In this document: piece after piece, positions 1-10,159 of the stretch
How the letters are laid out: each line of letters begins with the position of its first letter
Numbering within the stretch: the stretch's first letter is position 1
Source of the DNA: Candidatus Latescibacterota bacterium
GTDB lineage: Bacteria; Latescibacterota; UBA2968; GCA-2709665
Length of the DNA stretch: 64,000 nt
Reading direction: 5' to 3'
Assembly: GCA_963662665.2 (NCBI GenBank)
Contig: CAXXJS010000011.1
Coordinates: forward strand, 11,916 to 75,915
Program-made: the position numbers and the translations under genes
The notes under the pieces: generated by a model
Told to the model about the DNA's origin: nothing
Databases searched by the model: none
The model's input: the letters and a program-made list of their open reading frames with translations, nothing else

Positions 1-671
1 TCGATGAGGTCCGTATGGTCCAGAGGCTGTTCGATCATCGCCAGGTTGAACCGGTCGAATGCCACAAGCGTATCAAGATCGGCTCTCAAGTCGTAGCCGG
101 AGTTGCAATCCACGTGGACCATGGGATTGGGAAAGGCCGACCTCACCGCCTCCAGCATCCCGATATCCCATCCGTGTTTCACCTTCAGCTTGATCCGCGG
201 AAAACCCGCGTCCACGGCGCCCTGTATCAGCGCGAGAAGCTCGTCGATCGTATCCTGGACCCCGAAGTCGGCGCCGCACCGCACCACCGGCTCGTCCGCA
301 CCCAGCGCGCGCCAGAGCGGGACGCCGTTCAGCTTGCTGTAAAGCGCCCACCACGCCGTTTCCACCGCGGCCCTGGAGAACGGATTCCCTTTGTAGATCG
401 ACAACCGCTCCACCACTTCCCCGGCGGTGTCCAGCGTATGGCCCACAATCCGCGGCAGGAAAAACTCACGTGCGGTCTCGTATACGGACCACGCCGATTC
501 AGGCGAATAGGTGGGGGCGTAAAACGGCGCCGCCTCGCCCCAGGCTTCCTCCCCGCCGCCGCACAGTCTGACCATCACGGAATGTATCGACGCATCCTCG
601 CCGTAAGCGGTCCGCCAGGGCGATATCAGCGGCAGTTCCACGTATCTAATCTCAGCGGAATCGATCTTCAC
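1..671 (-). CDS. menC: o-succinylbenzoate synthase / N-acylamino acid racemase (enolase superfamily); runs off the left edge
   Basis: Not in the ORF track. Manual minus-strand translation from GTG at 671 gives MKIDSAEIRYVELPLISPWRTAYG...WGEAAPFYAPTYSPE...RIKLKVKHGWD...HVDCNSGY...MIEQPL, with the KxK motif and the D/E metal ligands of OSBS/NAAAR. Confidence 0.8.
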   Translation of the reverse strand, partial: MKIDSAEIRYVELPLISPWRTAYGEDASIHSVMVRLCGGGEEAWGEAAPFYAPTYSPESAWSVYETAREFFLPRIVGHTLDTAGEVVERLSIYKGNPFSRAAVETAWWALYSKLNGVPLWRALGADEPVVRCGADFGVQDTIDELLALIQGAVDAGFPRIKLKVKHGWDIGMLEAVRSAFPNPMVHVDCNSGYDLRADLDTLVAFDRFNLAMIEQPLDHTDLI

Positions 672-685
672 ATCAAGGTCCTCTC

Positions 686-1897
686 TCACAGCCAGTGCGC
701 GAAGGGCCAAAGGGTGGCCGACCGGGTAAAGTTCGCGTCCAGCAGTTTTTCGGGCTCTTCAACGGGGTCGTGCCCGTAGCGCCGCACGAATTCCGCTTCG
801 ATTTTCCGCTCGAGTTCCGTCGGTTCGCCCAGGGGAAGGTCGACCCAGGCATTCCCGCGATCCGCGCTCTCCCGCACCGCCAGGCAGATCTCCCAGTCTT
901 TCAACGCGTTTTCATGCCCGTACTGCGGCCGGCCGCCGCCGGTTATCGCATCGTGAAAGCTGACGAGAATGCTCGCCTTGGCCACGTCGTCGGCTGCCCC
1001 GATTCGCCACTTCCGGTAAGGATTCTCCCACACGACTGGCGGTTCCGTATCCACCTGCGCGACGTCGAGAACCGCCTGCCCGTCCACGTCCACGTAACGT
1101 TCCTGTAGCGCGAATGCCTTCGAAGTTTGCTCGCCGTACACCACGAGATGACTCTGGTCCAGGTATCCCCGTGTCCCTTCCACGTGCCACCCTGTGGAGA
1201 AACCCTGTGCCGCGGAAGGAAAAACACGCGGCGGTTTTTCGAACAGACATACAATCCCGCTCTCGAACTCGACCACCGCGTGGTCCCACATCACCGTGGT
1301 CTCCCGCTCCCCGCCGTAGGCCTCGTACGGCAGCGCCGCCACTTCCCCGCAATAGCCCAGCACCCGTTTCGCGTCTTTGCCCAGCAACGAGCGGACTCCG
1401 TTGAACCCGTGATACTGGCCCGTCAGGTACCACAACCTTGAATGGGTCAGTTCGCCCAGCAGGCCGGCCTCGATAATTCTTCTTTTCAAACGCTCCCGGG
1501 GCCATAGCCAAACCTGCTCGGCGACCTCCCAGAGTACGCCGTGTTCGCGGCAGGTTTGCGCGACCGCCCGTGCGTATCTCCTGGTGAGACCCACTGGAAT
1601 TTCGGTGATGACGTGGGCCCCGTGCCGCGCCGCCGTCATCGCGACCACGCCGTGGGAGTCCTTGGGCGTCATGCTCAGGACCACGTCGGGTTTTGCCGAA
1701 GCGAAGAGAGACCGGATATCCCGGAAACCGGCCGTTGAAGCGCCCGTTGACGCATCGGCAAGCGCGCGTGCGTTACGGTCACAGACGGCGACCAGTTCGT
1801 AGTGATCCGTCAATCGAACAATTGTACCGAGATATTGGCGCGCCCGGGAATCCGGATCCAGGCCCACACCGACCATCGCAATCCGAAGCCTTTTCAT
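686..1897 (-). CDS. Gfo/Idh/MocA family oxidoreductase
   Basis: N-terminal Rossmann-like LRIAMVGVG, HVITEIP (EKP-like) motif and typical length. Confidence 0.85.
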   Translation of the reverse strand: MKRLRIAMVGVGLDPDSRARQYLGTIVRLTDHYELVAVCDRNARALADASTGASTAGFRDIRSLFASAKPDVVLSMTPKDSHGVVAMTAARHGAHVITEIPVGLTRRYARAVAQTCREHGVLWEVAEQVWLWPRERLKRRIIEAGLLGELTHSRLWYLTGQYHGFNGVRSLLGKDAKRVLGYCGEVAALPYEAYGGERETTVMWDHAVVEFESGIVCLFEKPPRVFPSAAQGFSTGWHVEGTRGYLDQSHLVVYGEQTSKAFALQERYVDVDGQAVLDVAQVDTEPPVVWENPYRKWRIGAADDVAKASILVSFHDAITGGGRPQYGHENALKDWEICLAVRESADRGNAWVDLPLGEPTELERKIEAEFVRRYGHDPVEEPEKLLDANFTRSATLWPFAHWL

Positions 1898-1938
1898 AAT
1901 ACAGGGATCCTCTCTTGAACCGATGCCGATTTTTTTTT

Positions 1939-1968
1939 AATATACCGCCCGGTTTCCAGGCATGTCAA
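1939..1968 (-). promoter_or_regulatory. sigma70-type promoter of the oxidoreductase-menC operon
   Basis: Minus-strand TTGACA-N18-TATATT about 40 nt upstream of the ATG at 1897. Confidence 0.6.
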
Positions 1969-2098
1969 CCCCTTTGAGTTCCAGAACCAGGCTCTTATCC
2001 CCGCGCCGTGAACCCACCGGATACGGTCCGGTCTCTCATCCGTTCGCCCGATCCCTGTCTGCCGTGTCGTCCGGCCTGCGGCAATTCCCCTTCCGCGG

Positions 2099-2127
2099 TT
2101 GACTTCAATGCCCGAACAGAGTATATT
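2099..2127 (+). promoter_or_regulatory. sigma70-type promoter of the lepA operon
   Basis: TTGACT-N17-TATATT. Confidence 0.55.
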
Positions 2128-2206
2128 CTACCTTCAATTCAGAGCGTGTAGACGGTTGAATTTTTTGAAGTTGCTATTAGATCATCAGCCAAAGAGCGTC
2201 CGGAGG

Positions 2207-4006
2207 ATGAATACCCAAAATATCAGAAACTTCTGCATCATTGCCCACATCGATCACGGGAAATCGACCCTGGCGGACCGTCTCCTGGAAACGACCTCGA
2301 CCCTGACACGAAAAGAGATGGTGGACCAGGTCCTGGACGACATGGACCTGGAACGGGAACGCGGCATCACCATCAAGTCCCACGCCGTCCGGATGGACTA
2401 CCGGTGTCCCAGCGGTCAGACGTACGTGCTCAACCTCATCGACACGCCGGGTCACGTCGACTTCTCATACGAGGTCTCGCGAAGCCTGGCCGCCTGCGAA
2501 GGCTCCCTCCTCCTCGTCGACGCCGCGCAGGGCGTGGAGGCCCAGACGATCAGCAACGTCCTGCTCGCAATGGAACATGACCTCGAGATCATCCCTGTCA
2601 TCAACAAAATCGATCTTCCCAACGTCGACGTGGACCGGGTGGTAATGCAGATCCACGACCTGCTGGGCGTCGAAGAATCGGAAATCCACAAAATCAGCGC
2701 CAAACAGGGCGTTGGCGTGGAAGGCCTTCTCGGGGCGATCATCGAACGGATTCCACCGCCGGAGGGCGATCCCGACGCGGCTCTCCAGGCCCTGATCTTC
2801 GATTCCATCTTCGATCGCTACCGCGGCGCCGTCGCCTCCATCAGGGTCTTCCAGGGCAGCCTTCAGACCGACATGCCCATCCGGTTTCTCTCAACCGGGA
2901 GTCAATTCGAAGCCGAAGAAATCGGCGTCCTCAAGCTGAAGCGCGTCAAGACGCGGGCGCTTTGCGCCGGGGAAGTCGGCTATCTCATCGCGGGCGTTAA
3001 AGACCTGGAAGAGCTGCATATGGGCGACACGGTTACCGGGTGCAACCGGCCCGCCAGACAACCGTTGCCCGGGTACCGGGAAGTCAAACCCATGGTCTTT
3101 TCCGGCGTCTATCCGGTCGACGCGGAAGACTACGCGGACCTTCGAACGGCCCTCGAGAAACTGCGCCTTAACGACGCGTCACTCCGTTTCGAACCGGAAA
3201 CGTCCACGGCCCTGGGGTTCGGCTTCCGCTGCGGCTTCCTGGGCTTGCTTCACATGGAAATCGTACAGGAGCGCCTCGCCCGGGAATTCGACATGGAGAT
3301 TATCACCACCGTACCCAACGTGGAGTATGAAGTCCTGCTCACCAACGGGGACGTCGACGTCGTCCATAACCCCGCCGAGATGCCTCCCGCCGTCCAGATC
3401 GAAGAAATCGCGGAACCCGTTCTCAACGCGCAGATCCTGGTTCCGTCCGAGTACATCGGCGCGGCCATGCAGGTTGCCCAGGACCGGCGGGGAATCTACG
3501 TTACCACCGACTACGTGGACCCCACGCGCGCCCTCCTGCGTTACGAACTACCTCTCTCCGAAATCGTACTCGATTTCTACGACCGGCTGAAATCCGTCAG
3601 CCGGGGGTATGCCTCGTTCGATTACGAATACAAGGAACACCGTTCCGCCGACCTGGTCAAACTCGACCTGCTCATCAATGACGACCCTGTGGACGCCCTT
3701 TCCGCCGTTGTACATCGGGACAAAGCATACGAATGGGGACGGGCGATCTGCTCCAAACTCAAGGAACTCATCCCCCGCCAGATGTTCGAAGTTGTCATCC
3801 AGGCGGCGATCGGAAGGAAAATCGTCTCCAGAACGTCCGTACGTCCTTTCCGGAAAAACGTCACCGCCAAGTGCTACGGCGGAGACGTGACCAGAAAACG
3901 CAAGCTTCTGGAAAGACAGAGGGAAGGGAAACGGCGGATGAAGCAGGTGGGAAACATCGAGATTCCCCAGGAAGCATTCCTCGCCGTCCTGAGTATGGAA
4001 GTTTAA
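2207..4006 (+). CDS. lepA: Elongation factor 4 (LepA)
   Basis: [38 protein letters not shown] and [15 protein letters not shown]. Start moved to the ATG at 2207, which gives 599 aa. Confidence 0.99.
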   Translation: MNTQNIRNFCIIAHIDHGKSTLADRLLETTSTLTRKEMVDQVLDDMDLERERGITIKSHAVRMDYRCPSGQTYVLNLIDTPGHVDFSYEVSRSLAACEGSLLLVDAAQGVEAQTISNVLLAMEHDLEIIPVINKIDLPNVDVDRVVMQIHDLLGVEESEIHKISAKQGVGVEGLLGAIIERIPPPEGDPDAALQALIFDSIFDRYRGAVASIRVFQGSLQTDMPIRFLSTGSQFEAEEIGVLKLKRVKTRALCAGEVGYLIAGVKDLEELHMGDTVTGCNRPARQPLPGYREVKPMVFSGVYPVDAEDYADLRTALEKLRLNDASLRFEPETSTALGFGFRCGFLGLLHMEIVQERLAREFDMEIITTVPNVEYEVLLTNGDVDVVHNPAEMPPAVQIEEIAEPVLNAQILVPSEYIGAAMQVAQDRRGIYVTTDYVDPTRALLRYELPLSEIVLDFYDRLKSVSRGYASFDYEYKEHRSADLVKLDLLINDDPVDALSAVVHRDKAYEWGRAICSKLKELIPRQMFEVVIQAAIGRKIVSRTSVRPFRKNVTAKCYGGDVTRKRKLLERQREGKRRMKQVGNIEIPQEAFLAVLSMEV

Positions 4007-4198
4007 CCTTGATTCGTTATTTTTCCCGGACGTAAAACCGAATATATGCAGGTAGATAAAGGCGATTTAACGGCTGATTACCAGGATACACCAGGTCACC
4101 GGACGTGAACTGAAAAAACGTCCTTCTGGACGACAGTTACGCCCCGCTTCAGGGGATTTCCTCGCGTCGCCGCAGTTGCTGTTTTATTCAAATTGGGA
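4007..4198 (+). mobile_element. MITE family A, copy 1 (192 bp, TTAA target-site duplication)
   Basis: Aligns over its length with 41076-41266 and with 51721-51898 plus 52655-52667. TTAA flanks it at 4003-4006 (overlapping the lepA stop) and 4199-4202. Confidence 0.85.
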
Positions 4199-4250
4199 TT
4201 AAACCCCGGGAATCTGGTGTCCGTCGCCCCTTACCCGTAAGACCAGACAG

Positions 4251-5012
4251 ATGGCAAAATCCGCACGACGCAAGAGGGCCGGCAGGAAGGCCCCGACCCG
4301 TAAAGCCCGGAAGACAGGAACCGGCCGAGGGGAAAAGTCCGTGGCCAGAGAATACCTCGAAGCCATTCTGATGGCCGTTGCCCTGGCGCTTTTTCTGCGG
4401 ACCTTTGTGGTTCAGGCCTTCAGCATTCCATCGGGCTCCATGGAAAACACGCTCCTGGCAGGCGACTTTCTGCTGGCGAACAAATTCACCTACGGCGCAC
4501 GGATTCCATTCACCGACGCGAGGCTCCCCGGTTTCAGAAATCCCGAACCCGGCGACATCGTCATATTCGAGTATCCGATAAATCCGGACCGGGACTTCAT
4601 CAAACGTGTGGTGGCCTGCCCGGGCCAGGAGGTCGAAATTCGCAACAAGATACTCTACGTGGACGGAAAGCGCACCGTGGATCCGCCGCTCTCCAAATAC
4701 ACGGACCCGGTCATCCTGCCCGTTTCGTCACCCGGCGGGGTTCGCGACAACATGCGCCTTGCGAGGGTTCCCGAGGGCCACTATTTCGTCATGGGAGACA
4801 ACCGGGACAACAGCGAGGACAGCCGTTACTGGAGCTTTCTGGATAGAAAGCGTATCCGGGCGCAGGCGAATATCATCTACTGGTCGTGGGCGCCGGACCC
4901 GGAGGCGCCGGCGTTCGAAAGCATCTTTTCCATACCCAAAATGGCCATCTATAACCTGATGAACGGATTCGGGCGCGCACGTTGGAGCCGGATCGGCCGG
5001 ATGGTCAATTGA
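4251..5012 (+). CDS. lepB: Signal peptidase I
   Basis: IPSGSMENTL (catalytic Ser), DFIKRVV (Lys) and MGDNRDNSEDSRYW; lies downstream of lepA. Confidence 0.97.
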   Translation: MAKSARRKRAGRKAPTRKARKTGTGRGEKSVAREYLEAILMAVALALFLRTFVVQAFSIPSGSMENTLLAGDFLLANKFTYGARIPFTDARLPGFRNPEPGDIVIFEYPINPDRDFIKRVVACPGQEVEIRNKILYVDGKRTVDPPLSKYTDPVILPVSSPGGVRDNMRLARVPEGHYFVMGDNRDNSEDSRYWSFLDRKRIRAQANIIYWSWAPDPEAPAFESIFSIPKMAIYNLMNGFGRARWSRIGRMVN

Positions 5013-5046
5013 AGATGGCCCGCTGTACCATTCACCCTTAGCGTTT

Positions 5047-6246
5047 ATGTCCAGCCTCTACGCCCATATTCCGTTCTGTAAATCCAGGTGCCCCTATTGC
5101 GATTTCGCCTTCGACGTGGGCAAGACCCACCTGGCCGAACGGTACACGGGTGCGGTCATCCGGGAGTTTCAGACCCGTCTCCCTAACATCGGCAGCCGCC
5201 AGGTTTTCGATACCGTCTTTTTCGGCGGCGGCACGCCTTCGGAAATTCCACCGCACTGCCTGAATCGGATACTGGACGCCGCCCGGACGCTTTCGCGGAT
5301 CGCCCCGGATGCCGAGATCTCCGCCGAAGCCAACCCGGAAGACCGCTCGCAGTTCGCCGAACTGGCGGCCATGGGCGTCAACCGGCTCAGCCTGGGTATA
5401 CAGGCCCTGGACAATCCCACGCTCCGCGCCCTGGGCAGGCGGCACACTTCCGCCGATGGCGAGGCCGCCTTTTGCGCCGCGCGCCGGGCGGGCTTCGAAA
5501 ACCTCAACGTCGACCTTATCTTTTCTGCGCCGCGGCAGACGAAAACCGCGTGGCGCGGAACCCTGGACCGCGCCGTGAGTCTCCGTCCGGAACACGTCTC
5601 GGTCTACGGGCTGACCGTTGAGCCCGGCACCGCGTTCGACCGAAGGATGAAAGAGAACCGCCTGCCGCTGCCTCCCGAAGATGCCCAGGCCGAAATGTAC
5701 GAGATTGCGCAGGAGAAGCTTTGCGCGGCCGGTTATATCCAGTACGAAGTCTCAAACTTCGCACAACCCGGTTTCGCCTGCCGTCACAATATCTCCTGTT
5801 GGGACCGGCGGCCGTATCTGGGCATCGGCCTTTCGGCCCATTCCTTTTTCACCGACCGCCGTACGTGGAACATCCGCCCCCTCATGGCGTATATAAAAAG
5901 TGTGGAAACCTCAGGCGCCGCCGTTGAAGGGGAAGAGGTAATCTCCTCCCGGGACCGGCACGTGGAACAGGTAATGCTGGGCCTGCGCCGCGCCAACGGC
6001 ATTCCCGAAACGCTGCTGGGCACAATCGGCAGATCAAACACACGCATTCCCGATCACCTTCTCGTTCGTCAAGAGGGGCGAGTCCGCCTCACCGGTCGCG
6101 GCCTCCTGCTGGCGGACCTGGTCAGCGCCGAACTGGTCAGAAGCTGTTTTGAAATTACCGGTGAGTTCACGAGCGCGAGCGAAGAAGTGGCAGTTATGAG
6201 GCGCGAGGGGCGCGCAGCGCCGACGGGAAGGCCCGCACGTATCTGA
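5047..6246 (+). CDS. hemW: Radical SAM heme chaperone HemW (HemN-like); C-terminus replaced by a MITE insertion
   Basis: YAHIPFCKSRCPYCDF (CxxxCxxC), GGGTPS and YEVSNFA. Confidence 0.9.
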   Translation: MSSLYAHIPFCKSRCPYCDFAFDVGKTHLAERYTGAVIREFQTRLPNIGSRQVFDTVFFGGGTPSEIPPHCLNRILDAARTLSRIAPDAEISAEANPEDRSQFAELAAMGVNRLSLGIQALDNPTLRALGRRHTSADGEAAFCAARRAGFENLNVDLIFSAPRQTKTAWRGTLDRAVSLRPEHVSVYGLTVEPGTAFDRRMKENRLPLPPEDAQAEMYEIAQEKLCAAGYIQYEVSNFAQPGFACRHNISCWDRRPYLGIGLSAHSFFTDRRTWNIRPLMAYIKSVETSGAAVEGEEVISSRDRHVEQVMLGLRRANGIPETLLGTIGRSNTRIPDHLLVRQEGRVRLTGRGLLLADLVSAELVRSCFEITGEFTSASEEVAVMRREGRAAPTGRPARI

Positions 6247-6325
6247 AGATACCGGTGGGTTTGACCAACGCCGACCGGCGCTCTTGCAGCCGCGCGAAGA
6301 CCGCTGGGAATTTTTAGACAGCTTC
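6140..6325. mobile_element. MITE family B (186 bp, about 17-bp TIRs, TCA duplication)
   Basis: Ends GAAGCTGTTTTGAAATT and AATTTTTAGACAGCTTC are inverted repeats. TCA lies at 6137-6139 and 6326-6328. Confidence 0.75.
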
Positions 6326-6338
6326 TCAGAGAGATGGA

Positions 6339-7241
6339 ATGGAAATCCGCCTGAGAACGCCCGGCTCCACTTCCAACCTGGGGCCCGGATTCGACGCCCT
6401 GGGACTTGCGCTTACCGTCTACAACCGGATTGTGGTCCGGACGGCGTCCGATCACCGGCGCAGGCGGATGCGCGTCACGGGGGAAGGCGAGGGGATACTT
6501 CCGCAGGACGAAACCAACCTTTTCTTCCGGTCGGCCGATACCGCCGCGAATCGCGCGGGCGTATCCCTGCCGGGGATGGACGTGGAGATGCGCAACGGCA
6601 TTCCGCTGTCCCGGGGACTGGGAAGCAGTTCCACCGCCATCGTAGCCGGCGTCTACGCGGCCAACCTGCTCATGGGCGAACCTTTTTCCGAATCCTCCCT
6701 GCTCGATCTCGCCACCGAACTGGAAGGCCACCCGGACAACGTTGCGCCTTGCCTGCTGGGCGGTCTGGTAATCTGCTCCCGTGAAAGCGGCCGGGTTGAA
6801 TCGATACGGGCGCTGCCGCCGCCGGAACTCCGGGCGGTTGTCGCAGTTCCCCGATTCGAACTCAAAACGGAAGCCGCGCGCGCAGCCCTGCCGGAACAGG
6901 TGCCGCACCGGGACGCGGTGTTCAACGTGGGGCGCGCATGCCTGGTTACGGCAGCGCTGATGAGCGGGGACCTGCACGCTTTGAAATCCGCAATGCGCGA
7001 TCGCCTCCACCAGCCGTACAGGGCTTCGCTCGTTCCGGGAATCGACCACGTGCTGGATGCAGCCGAAAAAGCAGGAGCCCTGGGCGCCTGCCTCAGCGGC
7101 GCCGGCCCCACGTTGCTGGCTTTTGCAACAGACAACGCTGCTGAAATAGCGAACGCCATGGGTAAAGCATGGGCGCAACGGGACATCCAGGCCGAGACCG
7201 CCGTCCTGCGCGTCGATCAAGACGGGGCAACCACCGAATGA
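6339..7241 (+). CDS. thrB: Homoserine kinase
   Basis: PGSTSNLGPGFDALG, PLSRGLGSS, EGHPDNVAP and SGAGPT. Confidence 0.97.
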   Translation: MEIRLRTPGSTSNLGPGFDALGLALTVYNRIVVRTASDHRRRRMRVTGEGEGILPQDETNLFFRSADTAANRAGVSLPGMDVEMRNGIPLSRGLGSSSTAIVAGVYAANLLMGEPFSESSLLDLATELEGHPDNVAPCLLGGLVICSRESGRVESIRALPPPELRAVVAVPRFELKTEAARAALPEQVPHRDAVFNVGRACLVTAALMSGDLHALKSAMRDRLHQPYRASLVPGIDHVLDAAEKAGALGACLSGAGPTLLAFATDNAAEIANAMGKAWAQRDIQAETAVLRVDQDGATTE

Positions 7242-8917
7242 CGGGTCTTTTCTCCTATCGCAAACCAAATCTCGCCTGCCGTATGATCGCGATTGCGCTT
7301 GCCATCGGGCTGATATCGGAACCCGTCATGCTCTTCGCGCAATCCGGACCGGGGCGGGAAGCCGGCCGGCGGAGATCGGACCGCAAGTCCATTGGCGCAA
7401 CGCTGCAGCAGGACGACATGCAGGGTCTGGACGTGAAGTGGATCGGAAAAATCGCCTACGATGCCATCATTCGCTCCGAGCGTTACATCGTCGGACCCGG
7501 CGATACGTTCAGCATCCATATCGAAGCCGGCGAAGAACCCATCACGCATCCGATCCTCGTGGGCGCGGAAGGCATACTGTTGATCCCCTATGTGGGCGCC
7601 ATACAGCTTGCGGGACTCAGCCTCGGAGAGAGCCGGAAGCGGATTCGGGACGCCGTCAGCGACAACCTTCGAAGTCTCGACGTCCAGATCTCTCTCGCCC
7701 GGCTGCGCAGTTTTCCGGTCAACGTCGTCGGACAGGTGGTTCATCCCGGCACCTACATGGTCGAGGGAACCGAGCAGGTTTCCGAACTCATCAGCCAGGC
7801 GGGCGGGTTACTGAAGCCTCCGGACGGCAGGGCTTCCCACCGGAATATTCAGATTCAGCGGCAATCCGAAAGCGGCGCCCCGATGGATGCCGTGCGCGGG
7901 GCGGACCTCGCCCTGTGGCGGCTCTCGGGCGATATCGCCCACAACCCCTTCCTGCTGGACGGAGATCAGATCTTTGTGCCGGCGCTCGTGGACTCGGTTA
8001 GGATTTCGGGCGCGGTCTATAGACCCGGCAGCTACGAATTCATGCCCGGCGATCGCGTTTCCGACCTGATTGCGCTTGCCGGCGGGTTGAACGGCGAGGC
8101 AACCACCGCGAGCGCCGAACTGCTCCGTATCTTTGTCGCGGAAGAACGAGAAGAGCGGCACGCGGTCCGGCTTCCGCTGGCACTGGATGGCGACGCGGAT
8201 GCGGACCTGCCGTTGAGAGCCGGAGATAAGCTGCACGTGGCCGTAAAGGAGCGGCGGGTCACCGTCGAAGGCGAAGTCTACTTCCCGGGCTCCTATTTCA
8301 TCGGCTCGGGGATGACGCTGAAGGAACTGATCCGGAAGGCGGGCGGATTTACGTCCCGGGCCTCTCTCGCCCAATCCATTGTGGTGCGCCGCGTCGAGTT
8401 TCCCACAGGGGTGGCCGGTCCGAAGCAACTGCAGAACGTTGGCCCCATCAGCCTTACCGACGCCCAGCGAACCTACATGGCCATGCAGAAACAGCAGATG
8501 TCGGGACGCCTGCCGGTGGACTTTGTCGCTCTCTTCGAGAAAAAGGACGATTCGCAGAACATCCTGCTCAGAGACGGTGATGTCGTCAGAATACCGAGGA
8601 TCGTCCCCTCGGTTGCGGTCAACGGATACGTCATCACCCCGGGAGCTATTCCCTATGAACCGGATCTCGGCGTTCAGGACTACATCAGCAGGGCCGGCGG
8701 TTTGAACGAACAGGCGGAAAAAGGTGAAATATACCTGATTCAGGGCAACACCGGAAACTGGACAAAAGCTTCCAAAGTTCAGCGCGTCAATCCTGGGGAT
8801 ACTATTTTTGTTATGGGGAAAAAACCCGTGCACGGCTGGCGGCTCTTTCGTGAGACGCTGGTTGTACTTTCACAGGTGGCCGCTCTTGTCATTGCGGTAC
8901 GGAGCATCAGTCGTTAA
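7238..8917 (+). CDS. SLBB-repeat polysaccharide export protein (Wza/KpsD-like)
   Basis: YIVGPGD poly-export motif and repeated VxGxVxxPGxY...LIxxAGG SLBB domains; ATGA overlap with thrB. Confidence 0.85.
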   Translation: MTGLFSYRKPNLACRMIAIALAIGLISEPVMLFAQSGPGREAGRRRSDRKSIGATLQQDDMQGLDVKWIGKIAYDAIIRSERYIVGPGDTFSIHIEAGEEPITHPILVGAEGILLIPYVGAIQLAGLSLGESRKRIRDAVSDNLRSLDVQISLARLRSFPVNVVGQVVHPGTYMVEGTEQVSELISQAGGLLKPPDGRASHRNIQIQRQSESGAPMDAVRGADLALWRLSGDIAHNPFLLDGDQIFVPALVDSVRISGAVYRPGSYEFMPGDRVSDLIALAGGLNGEATTASAELLRIFVAEEREERHAVRLPLALDGDADADLPLRAGDKLHVAVKERRVTVEGEVYFPGSYFIGSGMTLKELIRKAGGFTSRASLAQSIVVRRVEFPTGVAGPKQLQNVGPISLTDAQRTYMAMQKQQMSGRLPVDFVALFEKKDDSQNILLRDGDVVRIPRIVPSVAVNGYVITPGAIPYEPDLGVQDYISRAGGLNEQAEKGEIYLIQGNTGNWTKASKVQRVNPGDTIFVMGKKPVHGWRLFRETLVVLSQVAALVIAVRSISR

Positions 8918-10116
8918 TGGAACCCGAAAAGAACTTCCTGGACCACCTGGCCGTCCTCGCCCGCTGGCGACGAATGATACTTGTCACCTGCTTTACCGTA
9001 TCGGTAGTGACCGCGGGCATCAGTCTGATCATCACCCCGGTCTATCGCGCAAGCGCCGTGTTGTTTCCGCCCAGCGAAAGCCAGGGATCGCTTGGCATCT
9101 CCGCTATACTTGAAAAGCTGCCGGTGGGCATGCTGGGCCTGGGGGAAAGCGGCGTTTCCGCCACCGAATTCGTGCCCATCCTCAAGAGCCAGCGGGTGGC
9201 CGAAGCCATCGTTCGCCGTTTCAATCTCCAGGAGGCATACCAGGCCGAGACTCGCGAGGAACTCCTGCAAATGGTCGACGACCGGCTGGAAGTGGAACTT
9301 TCCCGCGAACAATTCCTGACCGTGTCCTACGAAGCGGAAACCCCGGAAGGCGCCGCCGAAATCGCCAATGCCTTCGTCGAAGAACTCGACCTCGCGCTCA
9401 GGCACCGGCGTGAACAACAGGCGCGCGACCTTCGCAGCTACCTGGAAAAACGCCTCGCGCAGGCCGAGGGGCAAATGATCGAAGCCGAACAGGCCTACAA
9501 TGCGTTCCAGAAGGAACATTCGGCCATCGACGTCGAAAGCCAGACCAAGGCGCAGATCGATGCCTACTCTTCCCTCATCGCCTCAACGCTGGGCGAAATG
9601 AAAATCCGACGGGAAATCGCCGCCCTCCAGATGAATCCGGACAACAGCAGAGTCAGGCAACTCGACGTCGAAATCAAGGGCGCGAAAGAGGCGCTGGACG
9701 ACATCCTCGCAGGATCCGACCCGGACAGCAGCGGCCGCAGAGATCCCAATTTGCCCGGCATCATGCTTCCAATGGACCAGATCCCCGACCTTGGACTTCA
9801 GGCTCTGCGGTTGCTCCGCGACGTGGAAATCCGAAACCTCATCTATCAGTTTGTCCTTCAGGAATACGAAAAAAGCAGCTTCGAAGAAAAAAAGGAAACT
9901 TCCCTGGTCGTGGTTCTGGACCCTGCGGTACCGCCCGACTTCCGAAGCCGCCCCCGGCGCGCCCTGATGGTCGGTACCGCCGCCGGTCTGAGCCTGCTTA
10001 TCAGCATCCTGGTTGCATTCCTCATGGACGCCCTGAAAAGCCCCGACCCAGGCAACCGCAACAGGCTGGACGCGATCCGCCGGGAGTTGAGATCCGGTAA
10101 AACCCTGCGGCAGTGA
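8917..10116 (+). CDS. Wzz/GumC-like chain-length determinant (GNVR domain, no kinase domain)
   Basis: Two TM helices, PVYRASAVL, a coiled coil and VVVLDPAVPPDFRSRPRR. Confidence 0.85.
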   Translation: MEPEKNFLDHLAVLARWRRMILVTCFTVSVVTAGISLIITPVYRASAVLFPPSESQGSLGISAILEKLPVGMLGLGESGVSATEFVPILKSQRVAEAIVRRFNLQEAYQAETREELLQMVDDRLEVELSREQFLTVSYEAETPEGAAEIANAFVEELDLALRHRREQQARDLRSYLEKRLAQAEGQMIEAEQAYNAFQKEHSAIDVESQTKAQIDAYSSLIASTLGEMKIRREIAALQMNPDNSRVRQLDVEIKGAKEALDDILAGSDPDSSGRRDPNLPGIMLPMDQIPDLGLQALRLLRDVEIRNLIYQFVLQEYEKSSFEEKKETSLVVVLDPAVPPDFRSRPRRALMVGTAAGLSLLISILVAFLMDALKSPDPGNRNRLDAIRRELRSGKTLRQ

Positions 10117-10159
10117 ACCCGATCGCAAAGAGCCGGGATTCCCCACGAAGACCTCACCC

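Noticed and set aside
15-779. Plus-strand 254-aa ORF, and the many similar overlapping ORFs in the track
   Set aside because: This is the antisense shadow of the menC-like gene; such shadow ORFs are expected in GC-rich DNA.
4001-4204. MITE A as an integron attC site (starts GTTTAAC, copy 3 ends GTTAAAC, and class C introns can target attC)
   Set aside because: About 200 bp is longer than typical attC sites, and the R boxes are not conserved in all copies. The copies flank housekeeping genes, there is no integrase or cassette array, and matched 4-bp duplications fit transposition better.
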